A stretch of DNA of 64,000 nucleotides from Octopus vulgaris. Taxonomy: Eukaryota. The translations under genes and the position numbers were made by a program. Below are positions 23,772 to 36,429 of the stretch, in pieces (within the stretch, counting starts at the first letter, position 1; each line of letters opens with the position of its first letter). Below the pieces are notes generated by a model. It made no database searches, was not told the origin of the DNA, and worked only from the letters and a program-made list of their open reading frames with translations. The stretch lies in NCBI GenBank assembly GCA_951406725.2, contig OX597816.1, positions 167,772,001 to 167,836,000 on the forward strand, read 5' to 3'.

Positions 23772-25680
23772 GTAGCAATGCATCTCGGCGTTGCCCAGGT
23801 GTTATGACCTACACCCACATCGTATTATTTGTTCTTTTCTTATGGGCAGAATCTGCACAGCTGATACATAGTGAACTGGATTACTAGTGTAACGGAAGTT
23901 ATTGTTTGTTTAAAAGTGAATGTGGGGGAGGGTACAATTTGCATGGAAGTGCTTTCTGTTCTTAAAAAGGGTCACAAACTATGTATTGTTTCATTGTATA
24001 AAAGGGGGTTAATACGATTTTGTCTAGAAATCATTCTTTCAGAATTTTAATTTCCCTGTCGTAATTTTTTAATTTGTAACTTTTTGGAATTTTTTTGTTT
24101 TCTTATCCACATAAAAAAATTCAGAGATTACAAACCTGGGACATATATAAATTTTTTAAGGATTAATTTTTTCTTAAAGAAAAATTCAAAGCCCCTTCCC
24201 CTACCTTGCCCACCCATCACCTACCCACTTTCAAAAAAGAACCTCCCAGTGTTTTACTTTCATCTGATGTTTCATGCATGCATAGAATAGTACTGAAATA
24301 GCAGATGTAAAAAAATACCAGACCACCACCAGAAAAACCCAACATGCTAGAAACAACAGGTAAACAACATTAATACTAAAGAAACTTCCTCACTTTCCAA
24401 AAAGCTAAAAGTGAAAAATTGGGAGTTTGTAGCTTTTTGAAAGCGGTGAGATGCTGGGTGGATGTTTGGGATGGAAATTTTAGTGTTTCTTTAAGAAAAA
24501 AGGAAGAAGAAAATTCTTAAAGATTCATACTGTTTTTTCTCCATGGATTACCAAGATAAAAATTGGGAAAGAAGTTTAAAAAAATGGAGAAGGAGAAAAT
24601 TAAAATATTGAGAACATGTTTTTTGGGCGAACTCCTAATCTGTATTGAAAACATAGGTGTCAGAAGAAATTTAGGAAAAAAATAAAGCAGTGGTGTGGCA
24701 CAGATGTCACTTCGGACATGCTAGAAACAACAGGTAAAGGACAGGATTTCTGGGAAAACTTCCTTTTAAGTTTATATTGCAGATCAGGTTTTTAAATACG
24801 CTCATCACAAACACAAATTACAGAATGGAAATAGTTATTTCAATTGGATTTGAGCTGTAATTTTGTGAGAGCACACAAAAAAATAACATAATTTGTACAG
24901 AAGTTTTACCTAGAGTGTGTGTGTGTTTGTGAGCGACACAGGAAGTTATTTTTTATGACATTCTTTCGTTTGAAGCAGCGAAGTTGTCAACCTGATCATA
25001 CGGTCGATCATATGATTGTTCACTAATTTCTGGTAAAATTTTTTTATTTCTTTATGCTTTGAAAAGAGCAGAAACTGAAAGAGAGGAGAAAGGGAAAAGG
25101 TGACATTTGCTTTGAAGTGAAGACAGAAAGTGAAAGAGAGGAGAAAGTGTAAGATGTATGTATATGCATATGAAATGAACGCATGTCTGTATGTCTGTGT
25201 GTGCGTGAGAAAGAGTGTATGTAAGTGGCACTCATTTACTCTTTCTCTCTCACACACACACTCTATCTTTCATATACACAAACATAAATACACATGCATA
25301 CATCATTTTTGTATGTATGTGTGCATGTACATGTGAGAGAGTGAGTGACTGTGTTTCTTCATAACATATAGAGAAATTGGATGTCTTTTAATGAAATTTT
25401 CTTTGGTTGTGGCTTATTTCAAAACAATATTTATGTGTACATTTTCATAAATGTTTGTCTGAGTTGAATTCTACACATGGGTGAAACATCGAATGAAAGT
25501 GAAACATTAGAAACAAATCGAAATATTGCCTGAAAATGACCTCAGAATTATGTGACTTGACCTTGTATCCGTGATTATTATTTTAGTTGTAAAAAAGAGT
25601 TGCTGTGCCAAAAACATAGTGTATTTGGTAGCCTCTATATATAGATAGTTGAATAGCAGCTTTCTTTGTTATAGTACAGA
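23772..25680 (-). mobile_element. Possible non-autonomous Helitron-like element
   Basis: Minus strand begins A|TCTGTACTATAA and ends with the hairpin CCTGGGCAACGCCGAG then CTAC|T (a CTAG variant). That the two ends belong to one element is inferred. Confidence 0.4.
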
Positions 25681-26220
25681 TGTAACTAATTCAGAGAAAC
25701 ATTACTTTCATTACTCATACATTGTCACTCTCATAATGCAACATTTAGTAGTTTTGATTCAAATTGAAAGAGTGAAACTGCTTTCACTTTCTAATGAAAG
25801 CTGATTGCTATAGAGAAGTGTCTTTCAAATAATTATAGCTGGTTGTTGAGATAACCTAAAAAAATATGTAAATGAAAATATAATTTATTTGGTAGCTAAA
25901 TGATTACTGAATCCTTTGATACCCCATATGTCAAAATTGGCAACTCAGTTTATGAATGCATATGGAATACACACACACAAACTCTCTCTCTCCCCCCTCT
26001 CTCTCTATGTACCGTCAGACTGGTCCTTGTGCCAGTGGCACGTAAAAGCACCCACTATACACTCGGAGTGATTGGCGTTAGGAAGGGCATCGAGCTGTAG
26101 AAACTCTGCCAGGCCAGATTGGAGCCTGGTGCAGCCATCTGGTTCGCCAGTCCTCAGTCAAATCGTCCAACCCATGCTAGCATGGAAAGCGGACGTTAAA
26201 TGATGATGATCATGATGATG

Positions 26221-26262
<42 letters not shown>

Positions 26263-26354
26263 GGGGTATCAAAGGATTCAGTAATCATTTAGCTACCAAA
26301 TAAACTATATTTTCATTTACATATTTTTTTAGGTTATCTCAACAACCAGCTATA

Positions 26355-26737
26355 GGCGCAGGAGTGGCTGTGTGGTAAGTAGCTTGCTAACCAACCACAT
26401 AGTTCCGGGTTCAGTCCCACTGCGTGGCATCTTGGGCAAGTGTCTTCTGCTATAGCCCCGGGCCGACCAATGCCTTGTGAGTGGATTTGGTCGACGGAAA
26501 CTGAAAGAAGCCTGTCATATATATGTATATATATGTGTATGTGTGTGTTTGTCCCCCTAGCATTGCTTGACAACCGATGCTGGTGTGTTTACGTCCCCGT
26601 AACTTAGCGGTTCGGCAATAGAGACCGATAGAATAAGTACTGGGCTTACAAAGAATAAGTCCTGGGGTCGATTTGCTCGACTAAAGGCGGTGCTCCAGCA
26701 TGGCCGCAGTCAAATGACTGAAACAAGTAAAAGAGTA
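26355..26737 (+). mobile_element. tRNA-derived SINE, family A
   Basis: GGCGCAGGAGTGGCTGTGTGG...GGGTTCAGTCCC head and full body. Confidence 0.85.
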
Positions 26738-27364
26738 AATATATATATATATATATATATACATATATATAGTGATGGAGGTTGAAATCAGCGTTGATAT
26801 GACTCCATCTCGCTTGCCGCAGGGAGCTTGTGTCCCTTATCACTCATTAGAAAACGTGGTGTCACATGGCTAGGAGTTGTTTTGGCTCCTATTTCTAGCA
26901 ATGCTGGTGCTGACTAGCACCCTCCATCACTTTAATGACGATTATATTTGTTGCCTTTCAGTTGTAAATTGCGAATAGCCACCTTAATAATACACACACA
27001 CACACACATTAATATAAACAGTTAAGTACAATGTGATACCATAAAGGAAAAATTCAGTCGTCACTAAGTGCGACTAAGGGTGCCAATGCACCTACATTGC
27101 CAACCGCCCCATGCCAACTCCTCGGCATTAGACGGTTAGCTCCCCTGTCAGTATGTATCTGTTCTCTTCCGACAACATTAAGAGTATTTTAGCTCTTATT
27201 TCTAGCAATGTAGATGCGTCTGTAGACTTAGTCACACTTGATGACGAGTGTTTGTCCCCCGCTACGGCTTGACAACCGGTGTTGGTGTGTTTACGTCCCC
27301 GTAACTTAGCGGTTCAGTTAAGAGTTCGATAGAATAAGTACCAGGCTTAGAAAATAAAAAGTCC

Positions 27365-27720
27365 TACAACGACTACCTAGCAAAGTAAATAAAACACAAA
27401 ATAAATATTATTTTTACACAAAGTAAATAATTTTTTAAACAAAGAAATAAAATACAAAAACACAATGTAAGGATCGACTAGTCACGACTACCTAGCGCGG
27501 ATGCGCGACTACGCGAGTGCGCGCACCGGGACCACTCTTCGTAAGTAGTACCCAAATCAACGTCGCCTGAACAGGAGAGGGGCACATCAGACGTTAAAGT
27601 GATCGCAAAACAACGTGAAATGGGCGATGCTTCGGTATAGGTACACACATAACTTTGTTTACATTTCTGAGGATAAACAGAAACCCTTTTCTCCCACCCC
27701 TAACCCTAACCCTAACCCCC
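27365..27720. mobile_element. CpG-rich putative non-autonomous DNA element with (CCCTAA)3
   Basis: ACGACTACCTAGC repeated at ~27369 and ~27484. Telomere-type hexamers at 27698-27715. Begins where a SINE fragment is truncated. Class uncertain, possibly Helentron-like. Confidence 0.4.
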
Positions 27721-28117
27721 CGTATATATAAAAAAAAACACTTTCTTGAAATGTATCCGGTACTTACACCGGTACATATATACATATATACATATATACC
27801 GGTATATATATACATATTCCCGATGTGAATTTTCCGAGGCCTCTGCCCCACTCCCCTTTCGCGTGCGCGCATTTTTTTTCATATTCGTTCAGAGGAAGTT
27901 GTTTTACACCTATTACACACATTTTTTTTTTGTTTTTTTTGAATGGTGTAACGCTTTAGTTTAACCCATATACCGAAGTTACGCCCGTGAAATGAAGTGT
28001 TTTACTGAAGAATTCGACGCACCGCCCGGTCCGAGAACGAAACCGCGATCTCTGGATTGCGAGTGCGACACCTCTAACCGTTAGGCCACATGCTTTCCAG
28101 TATCGACAGAGCAGACG

Positions 28118-28182
28118 TATATAAAGAAACGACACCGGTAGGAAGTGACGTAAATTGTATCTCTCGAAGTAAACTTCCGCTT
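28118..28182 (+). promoter_or_regulatory. Putative Pol II promoter of the orphan gene
   Basis: TATATAAA at 28118-28125, GGAAGTGACGT (ETS plus CRE-like) at 28141-28151 and ACTTCCG, in a CpG-retaining patch. Confidence 0.45.
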
Positions 28183-28530
28183 TCATTGTTATGTTTCCAC
28201 AAATTATCGGGAGACATTAATTCACATTGTCAAAATAAATCGAAAATATATATATATAAATACTAATAACAGTAAGATGGAAAGGTTAAAAGTTCAAAGA
28301 CTTATTCAATCTCATTTGACTGAAAAGGATTTACAGGTATAACCTTTACTGAACAGTTTTACTGAACGGAATCTTAAACGCTATTTGAAAGCTTCGTGTC
28401 TTAAAAAGTTTTGCTCATTTTTAGGATCATTTATTTACCAGCTGACTTTAGGATTATTTACCACCTGAATTTAGGATTAATTACTTTACCACCTGAATTT
28501 AGGATCGTTAATTTACTACCTGAAGTGAAC

Positions 28531-28791
28531 ATGGATCAGCTACTTGTGACAGAACAGATGCGAGAAGCACAGTCAAAGTTTGAAAAAGCTTGTCATCAAA
28601 TTGTGTTGCTTGATCAGAAGATACGGGACTTGGAGGTGCGTTATAAAAGAGCAGTGAAAAATAAGAAAAATTCTTTTCGGTATAATCTAAGATTACGTTT
28701 GTCTGTTGTAACGGGTGTAAAGATGATGTATCACCATTATGCCAGTACCAAAGCTGAGGAATTGGACTTACTCCGGCGCCAGATAGTCTGA
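28531..28791 (+). CDS. 86-aa basic, predicted helical/coiled-coil protein of unknown function
   Basis: Non-repetitive ORF MDQLLVTEQMREAQSKFEKACHQIVLLDQKIRDLEVRYKRA...RRQIV*. Good start context AACATGG, AATAAA at 28839-28844, and an upstream promoter and candidate intron (28337-28424). Confidence 0.7.
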   Translation: MDQLLVTEQMREAQSKFEKACHQIVLLDQKIRDLEVRYKRAVKNKKNSFRYNLRLRLSVVTGVKMMYHHYASTKAEELDLLRRQIV

Positions 28792-28848
28792 GAGACTCGA
28801 CGACAAAACAAACAAACAACCACGGGAAAATCAAGTTGAATAAATGAT

Positions 28849-28925
<77 letters not shown>

Positions 28926-29817
28926 CATAATGACGAACTTCTAAAAAAAATTTGTGAGGAAGTGAAAAAAAAAAAAAAAAAGCTAAGAAGAAATGTTTTA
29001 AAATGATAAAAAAAAAAAAAAAAGATAAATATTTAAAAAAATTTTTTAAATGAAAAGAGAAAAAATTAAATTATAAATATTTCATAGGAATTATATAATT
29101 TTTTTTCCGCTTGTTTTAATACCAAATGCTGCTATGATGAAAAAGGGAGGAAAAAACCCCTCACACAGAAAAAAAAATCCCACCACACCTTACACTCTGC
29201 TCATCTGGCAGCTGTTCTTTGTTCTTCCAACTAAACAGTGACCATGGTGATAATTCATAATAAAATGCCTTTCTGTTCTACTCCATTCAAGAATATATAT
29301 CCATATATATATATATATATATGGATATATTCTGGAACATCTATCTATGCATGAACACCAATCCTCACCCGACTGATAAGTTTGTAGTTTACAAATACAC
29401 AACTGTCTTGTGTCTAAGAGGAAGCCATACTCGCAACATGTTTTTCAACTCAAAATGTATGTGTGTATATATATATGTATATATATACAAAAGCTCTATT
29501 AAAAAAAAAATGAATGCTCCCCTATCATATTTTTACCAAAAACCCCAACTGGATCCTTCAACACAAATCATACTGATTCTCTTAGAACCCATGAATACAT
29601 GCAGTTTCGTTGTCATGACATTGTGTACTAAATCACTCTCCCCTCTGACGAAGAACGATGTGCTTCGGACACGAATACATATGTCACCGTGTCATCTGTT
29701 CGATCTCAGAGACATTATCTTACCTGGTCACCTATTCGTTCTTTCGATTGTCCTTATTACATTGAATGTTTTTCGATAAGTAATGACTGCCAACTAAGAT
29801 CATTATGTTTTTGTTTC

Positions 29818-29861
<44 letters not shown>

Positions 29862-32854
29862 AATAGTAGTGCTATTGTCAATTTCCATTTTTTTTTTCGT
29901 TTTTCTGCATTCATAATACACGAGTCCCTCATATTTTATTTTGGCCGCGACGGTCTGTTTCTCCCCTGAGTTTCGCCTGTGGGAATACAGGGAAGACCCT
30001 GTGCATCCACAGAAAAAAATTCCGAGTAGCAAGGGACTGACTCGACCAAAATAAAATATGGCATTCCTAAGATATTTTATTAATTTCTATGATATTCCGA
30101 CAGTCAACACAAAATGTGGGTGACACACAGTGATATGTATGTAAAATTGTTCACATGAAATTGAAATTTCGGGAATATTCTGTGGGGAGGCAAGAAGTTT
30201 ATGAATCTATAGCAGATCCTAATTTTTAATTCGATTAGAATTTATTGTCTCATGTTGAATAAAAATTTTTACAGTTTAGTTTCACCTCTGTACATCTGAT
30301 TTCAAATCCCACTAGAGATGGACTTTGTATTTAAGCCCTGCGTGGGGTTTATAAGCAGTAACAGTTATGAACTGAAATCTAGTTGCTTAAAGCTGTCCCT
30401 CAGATATTAAGCCTTGTATCTGATTGAAATAATTTGATCGCATCGATCTCAGTACTTAGTTTATGCTTTCTCTTCCTCCTCTATGTAACAGCTTATCGAA
30501 CAACCAACCCCTAAACCTCCTATGCTTGTCTTAAACAGATATATAGCAATATTTTATAGAAAGTAATGCTGTATGATAATCAATCATTTTCATTTTAATG
30601 TGTAGAATCATACATAAATATGCTCCAAACTTTTTTTTTTTCTCTTTTTACTTTGCATCAAAATTACAAATATTGGGTTCTAACTCCAATGAGGGTAGAT
30701 TGTAGACCCAACCGTTTGTCATTTTGTTACAAGGATAAATATTTGGAGCATATTTTATATCATCAACATCAAATATCGACTCATTCAGGACTGAAATATC
30801 TGGAGTGTTGGATCAAAGCTGAAAGACATCATTTAGTTATCATTTTAGCTGTATCAAATGTCCATGTATTTCTTGTTTATACTCTTTTCAGCTCTATTCA
30901 AACATTTCAGCTATCACCATTCTATCTTTTTTTCTCTTCCTCCTCCAGACATGCTGTATCAAGGAATACGTCCTTTTCACTTTTTTCTTTTTTTAATGAG
31001 TGGTTTGATTTGACATAGATTTGGTTTCTGTTCTGCACAAGTTAACCCATTATTATAGGTAGAGCTCACTGTGTTCCTATTATGGGCTTGCTGTGATAAA
31101 TAAGATTTTGTCCCTATTCTAAAACTAAATTGTTTGATGAGGTGCATAAGTCTGGCTGCAGAATAGAACAGGTTGTGTAACAGGTTCTCTTGGTGGCTCA
31201 TATTTCTTACATAGTTATTTTAAATTTTAACACTGTCTCTGAGGTCATCAAATTACCAATGTCATCAGTGTGGGCTTTGGGGTTTGCTTGTTTCACATTC
31301 TTGATTCTAACTTCTGCTAATCCCTACTCTAGAACCTCTTTAGTTGTATTTAGGTGTGAGATTAAAACACATGTATCAGACAATGAAGATATTCCATGCA
31401 AGAGAAATGTCATTTTTATTTTCACATTTTTTTGGGGTTTTTTTTACACCCTTTGGATGGTTTCAGAAGCATAGCAGTTTCTCTTTGAGGAGGGGTTACT
31501 TGCCCCTTGCTCAATCCATCTGCATTTCTGGAGAGAGGAAAGCTGAGACAACTGGATGCTGATGATTTGGTATAGCTAATTGGGTGTTCAACCTGTTTTG
31601 GTGCTGGAGGCAAATACTCACATTTCTACATGTGCAGAAATATATAAATAGAAAGAGTGAGCAGAGAGTGTTGATTCAGTGACACCAAAATGGATGTGTT
31701 GTAATATCTCATACCCAGCTGAAGTGTCTTGCACAATCCTTCTTTTGGTGCAACCTAGCCAATTCATGAACAAGAATAGACTGAAATAAGTACTTGGTTG
31801 GTTATTTATTTATTGACTCCAGTGGGACAAAAAAATAACAAAGTTGGCATCATTGGGATTTGAACACAGAACATAGAGATCTGGACTGAATACCTCAATA
31901 AAACTATAAATTAGAAATTTACAGGAATAATTGTTCAGAGATGTTGATGTTCATGTCTTTGAAATGTGTTTCATGTTAACCCATTAATGCCCATGGTCCT
32001 TTCTTTAAGACCAGAAAGGTAACCCCACATTTTTCTGTAACACCTGTATTTTTCTAAGATACCTTTAGTTAGTCATCAAGACTGGAGTGTCTTTCAAACA
32101 TTGTAATAAAAATTTTTAATAAATTTAGTATCAGATAAATTTGTATAAAACTAGATTTTTGGTAATAAATTAAATTAAAAAAATTGGGGCTTGTAGAATG
32201 AAATTTTAATATTTTAAGAAATTCTAATATTCCAGTTATTATTTCTTGTGGAAAGGCACAAATATTCCAATGTCTTATTCCCCTCCTTCCCTGTAAATAA
32301 GTGATCAAATGTGTTCCACCTACAGCAACTCTGACATTGTCCAATATTTTATTTTCCATTTGGGCCTGGTGCCTAGAGTAGAAAAGAATAAATTAAGTAC
32401 CAGTTGCATGCTGCTGGGGTCAATCTAATTGACTGCCCCCTTCCCCAAAAACTTTGGGCCTTGTGCCTAGAGTAGAAAAGAATTAAGTACCTGTTGCATG
32501 CTGGGGATGATCTAATCGACTGCACCTCTCCCCCAAAATTCATACCTTGTGCCTAGAGTAGAAAAGAATAAATTAAGTACCAGTCAAGTACTAGAATCAA
32601 TGTAATCAACTAGCCCCTACTCCTCAAATTTCAGGCCTTGTTACTATAGTAAAGATAATTATTATTATTCAAGGATAGATTGATTGAATATTGGAGTGTT
32701 TAGCAAAATGCCTTGTGGTATTTCATTATGGCCCTTTAAGTTTCTGAGTGCAGGCCCTACCAAGCTTAACTTTGCATTTCACTCTTCTGAGTACTAATCA
32801 AGTATTGGAGTCTCAACCTAAATTTCTGTCTTGCTTATTTAAGAAATTATTATG

Positions 32855-33217
32855 CACAGGAGTGACTGTGTGGTAAGTAGGTTGCTTACCAACCACATGG
32901 TTCCAGGTTCAGTTCCACTGCGTGGCCACTTGGGCAAGTGTCTTCTACTATAGCCTCGGGCTGACTAAAGCCTTGTGAGTGGATTTGGTAGACGGAAACT
33001 GAAAGAAGCCCATCGTATATATATATATTTATATATGTTTGTGTCTGTGTTTGTCCCCACAACATTGCTTGACAACCGATGCTGGTGTGTTTACGTCCCC
33101 CGTAACTTAGCGGTTCGGCAAAAGAGACCAATAGAATAAGTCCTGGGGTCGATTTGCTTGAGTAAAGGTGGTGCTCCTGCATGGCCACAGTCAAATGATT
33201 GAAACAAGTAAAAGAGT
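32855..33217 (+). mobile_element. tRNA-derived SINE, family A
   Basis: Head and body match the family, with an internal deletion. Confidence 0.8.
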
Positions 33218-33808
33218 ATTGTAAAGCACAGTGAACTAGCAAAATTATTGAAGTGTCAGCCAAACTGCTTTGCAGTATTTCTTCTGACACATTATGCTCT
33301 GAGTTCAAATCCTGCAGAGGTTAACTTTACATTTCATCCCTCCAGGATCAATAAATTCTGTATCTGAAATGCCTTTTAAATGTTATTTTCCATAAATAAG
33401 ACAAGTTATTATGCATATATTTTATAATGTTATTGTTTTGTTTTTAATTTGTTTTGCATTTTTACCTTTTGTATTTTAAGAATTTTTCATGTAGTAATAA
33501 TGAGAAAGTTAGCCAAAAATATTAATATTGTTTTGTTTTGGTGCCATTATTATGAAATTAACACAATTTCTTTGAGTGAAAAAAAATTGATTTTCTGTTC
33601 TTTTTCTTTTCTAGAATTGATAAAATAAGTACCAGCTATGTATTAGGGGTGATTTAATTATGATTATATAAAGTGATGGATATGGTAGAACTCCTGACAA
33701 AAATGTCTTGAAATATTACTTAGATTACATTTTTTTAAAGTTTGAGTTCAGTTGTGTTTGATTTTGCCTTTAATTCTTTCAAGATCGATAAAATGAAATA
33801 CTAGTTTC

Positions 33809-34109
33809 CAGGGCTGTGTAGTCGAAACAAAAAAAACTTTGACTCTGATTCCGACTCCTGTACCATTGGCTCCTTCGACTCTGACTCCTCTATATGTATT
33901 TAAGTGATTATGGTCTACATATCTCATAAGGCATATGCCTATGCTTGTACTTTGAGTAGGTCTATATATTACAACTGGTTTATATTAAAGAATAAAGATA
34001 TTGTGAGTCGGAATCAGAGTCGGTATAGTTTTACCAACTCCGACTCTGACTACCCCTTAATTGTTTCTGAATCCGACTCCAACTCCATGACTCCGACTCC
34101 ACAGCCCTG
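33809..34109. mobile_element. hAT MITE with subterminal GACTCY repeats
   Basis: TIRs CAGGGCTGTG / CACAGCCCTG. Exact 8-bp TSD CTAGTTTC at 33801-33808 and 34110-34117. Confidence 0.9.
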
Positions 34110-34809
34110 CTAGTTTCTAGTTTCAGTTTTCTTCACAAACTTAGAGCCAACCTGATTGGGTCCCACTTAACAACAACTGTCATGCAATGAGGTTTATATC
34201 TAAATCTACTGCAAGAAACACCATTTATATATTCACAGATTACATTGCAGATAGCTCAACTTGGGATTGATTTAATACAAATGTAACCCTTCCCCTTAAA
34301 ATCTGTGGCTTTGTGCATGTTATTATTATTTTTAAGAGTAAGGCAGGTGAGCTGGCAGAATTGTTAGCATGCCAGGCAAAATGCTTAGCAGAATTTCGTC
34401 TGTCTTTATGTTCTGTGTTCAAATTCCTCCAAGATTAACTCCAATCTTGGAGAAATTTCAGGGTTGATAAAATACTTCCAGGGTCAATAAATAAGTACTA
34501 GCTGGAACCTAGGATCAATATAATTGGCTTACGCTTCCCCCGAAATTGCTAACCTAGTGCTAAAATTTAAATTTAAAACCATTATTATTTTTAAGGGTGG
34601 AAGATTGGCAGAATTGCTTGAATGTTCAAAAGTATTCCAGCCATGCCCATCCCATCAATTTCTTATGTGCATGGCACCTAGGATTACATTATTCAATGAG
34701 TATTTTTCTAAGATGGTGAGTTTATAATTTGAGGGAAAGTTGATTGCTATTTCTGGCAGGCTGAATGAATACTTACAAACACCTTCAATAGTTTTTATTG
34801 TTCAGGTGT

Positions 34810-35202
34810 ACTCTTCTCTTTTACTTGTTTCAGTCATTTTGACTGTGGCCATGCTGGAGCACGCCTTTAGTCGAGCAAATCGACCCCAGGACTTATTCTT
34901 TGTAAGCTTAGTACTTATTCTATCGGTCTCTTTTGCCGAACCGCTAAGTGACGGGGACGTAAGCACACCTGCATCAGTTGTCAAGCGATGTTGGGGACAA
35001 ACACAGACACACAAATGTATACACACACATACATATATATGATGGGCTTCTTTCAGTTTCCGTTTACCAAATCCACTCACAAGACTTTGGTCGACCCGAG
35101 GCTATAGTAGAAGACAGTTGCCCAAGGTGCCACGCAGTGGGACTGAACCCGGAACCATGTGGTTCATAAGCAAGCTACTTACCACACAGCCACTTCTGCG
35201 CC
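34810..35202 (-). mobile_element. tRNA-derived SINE, family A
   Basis: Full family A structure. Confidence 0.85.
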
Positions 35203-36429
35203 CTAAGTGCAAATTTTTCTGCAAATATTTCTTTATGTTCCTCTGCAGAAATCTTTATTCTGCACCTGCCTCCCTAGAATGTTAGCTACCATTGCAAGTT
35301 CTTGTGTGGTGTCTTCCTACTAGTTTCCATTAGTACCTTGCTAATGTGGACTCAGTCATGTCATTGCATTGGAAATTTGTAATGATATAGGAGGTAGTGT
35401 TCTAATTTAATTATAGTCAACTTCTTTTGAAATTGGTTGGTTAGTGTTTAAGCGCTATGAAGAATTTTTGCTTTGGTTATTGAAATCAATTAAATACCGA
35501 TATCTAATTTAGTCACAACTGCCCATTATTTGTACTTATGGTACAAAGCAAAAGAAAAGAAATTTTTTTGATAGACATGAAGCAATCAGTGACTTAGAGA
35601 GGTGAGTTCTGATCTTCTAAGTGGAGAAAGGAATGCTTTTGTTTGAATTTTGTTAACATTGCTTTGAAACCAAATCGTTTCAGATTCCTTCCCACTGCAC
35701 AGCACCTTAGGCGAGTGTCTTCCACTACAGGCATGGCTGTGTGGTATTCCCAACCACATGGTTCCAGGTTCAGTCCCACTGCATGGTACCTTGGGAAAGT
35801 GTCTTTACTATAGCCTCAGGCCAAACAAAGCCTTGAGAGTGTATTTGGTAGATGGAAACTGAAAGAAGCTTGTTGTATGTAGATATAGATATATGTATGT
35901 ATTTGTTATTTGTGTCTGTGTCTGTCACCCCACCATCACTAGACAGCTGATGGTGTGTTTACATCCCTGTCACTTAGTAGTTCAGCAAAAAAGAGAACGA
36001 TAGAATAAGTACTAGGCTTACTAAGAATAAGTCCTGGGGTTGATTTGCTTGACTAAAGGTGATGCTCCAGCATGGCTGCAGTCATATGACTGAAACAAAT
36101 AAAAGAATATAGCCCTGGGCCAACTAATGCCTTATGAATGAATTTGGTAGACATAAACTGTATAGAAGCCCATTGTGTAAATATATATATATATATATAT
36201 ATACGTCTATGTATGTATCTGTGCGTGCTTGTGTATATCTCTATCACTGCTTAACAACCAATGTTTGTTTACATTCCCATAACTTAATTCAGCAAAAGAG
36301 ACCAATAGAGTAAGTACCAGACTTGCAAAAAACAAAAAGAACTGGTTCATTTTGTTCAACCAGACCCTCCAAGATCATGACCCAGCATAGCCACAGTCCA
36401 TTGAAATGAGTTAAAGATATGAATCTCTA

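Noticed and set aside
27544-27560. AGTAGT as a Polinton/Maverick terminus
   Set aside because: There is no matching inverted terminus and no polB, integrase or capsid ORFs in the window.
27698-27715. Telomerase RNA template or true telomere
   Set aside because: Three full repeats exceed the usual ~1.5-repeat template. I could not identify a pseudoknot or H/ACA domain, and it is far too short for a telomere.
28411-28530. N-terminal extension of the 126-aa ORF in the track
   Set aside because: It starts at TTG inside the probable intron and acceptor repeats. The ATG at 28531 is the plausible eukaryotic start.
29645-29680. CTGACGA hammerhead box
   Set aside because: There is no downstream stem II closed by GAAA.
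29321-29779. 152-aa ORF
   Set aside because: It runs through microsatellite and A-run sequence and has no recognisable motif.
29950-30000. Resemblance to the RNase MRP RNA P3 region or to an HDV-like ribozyme
   Set aside because: The conserved GAAAGUCCCC box is missing, and the nested HDV pseudoknot order cannot be built.
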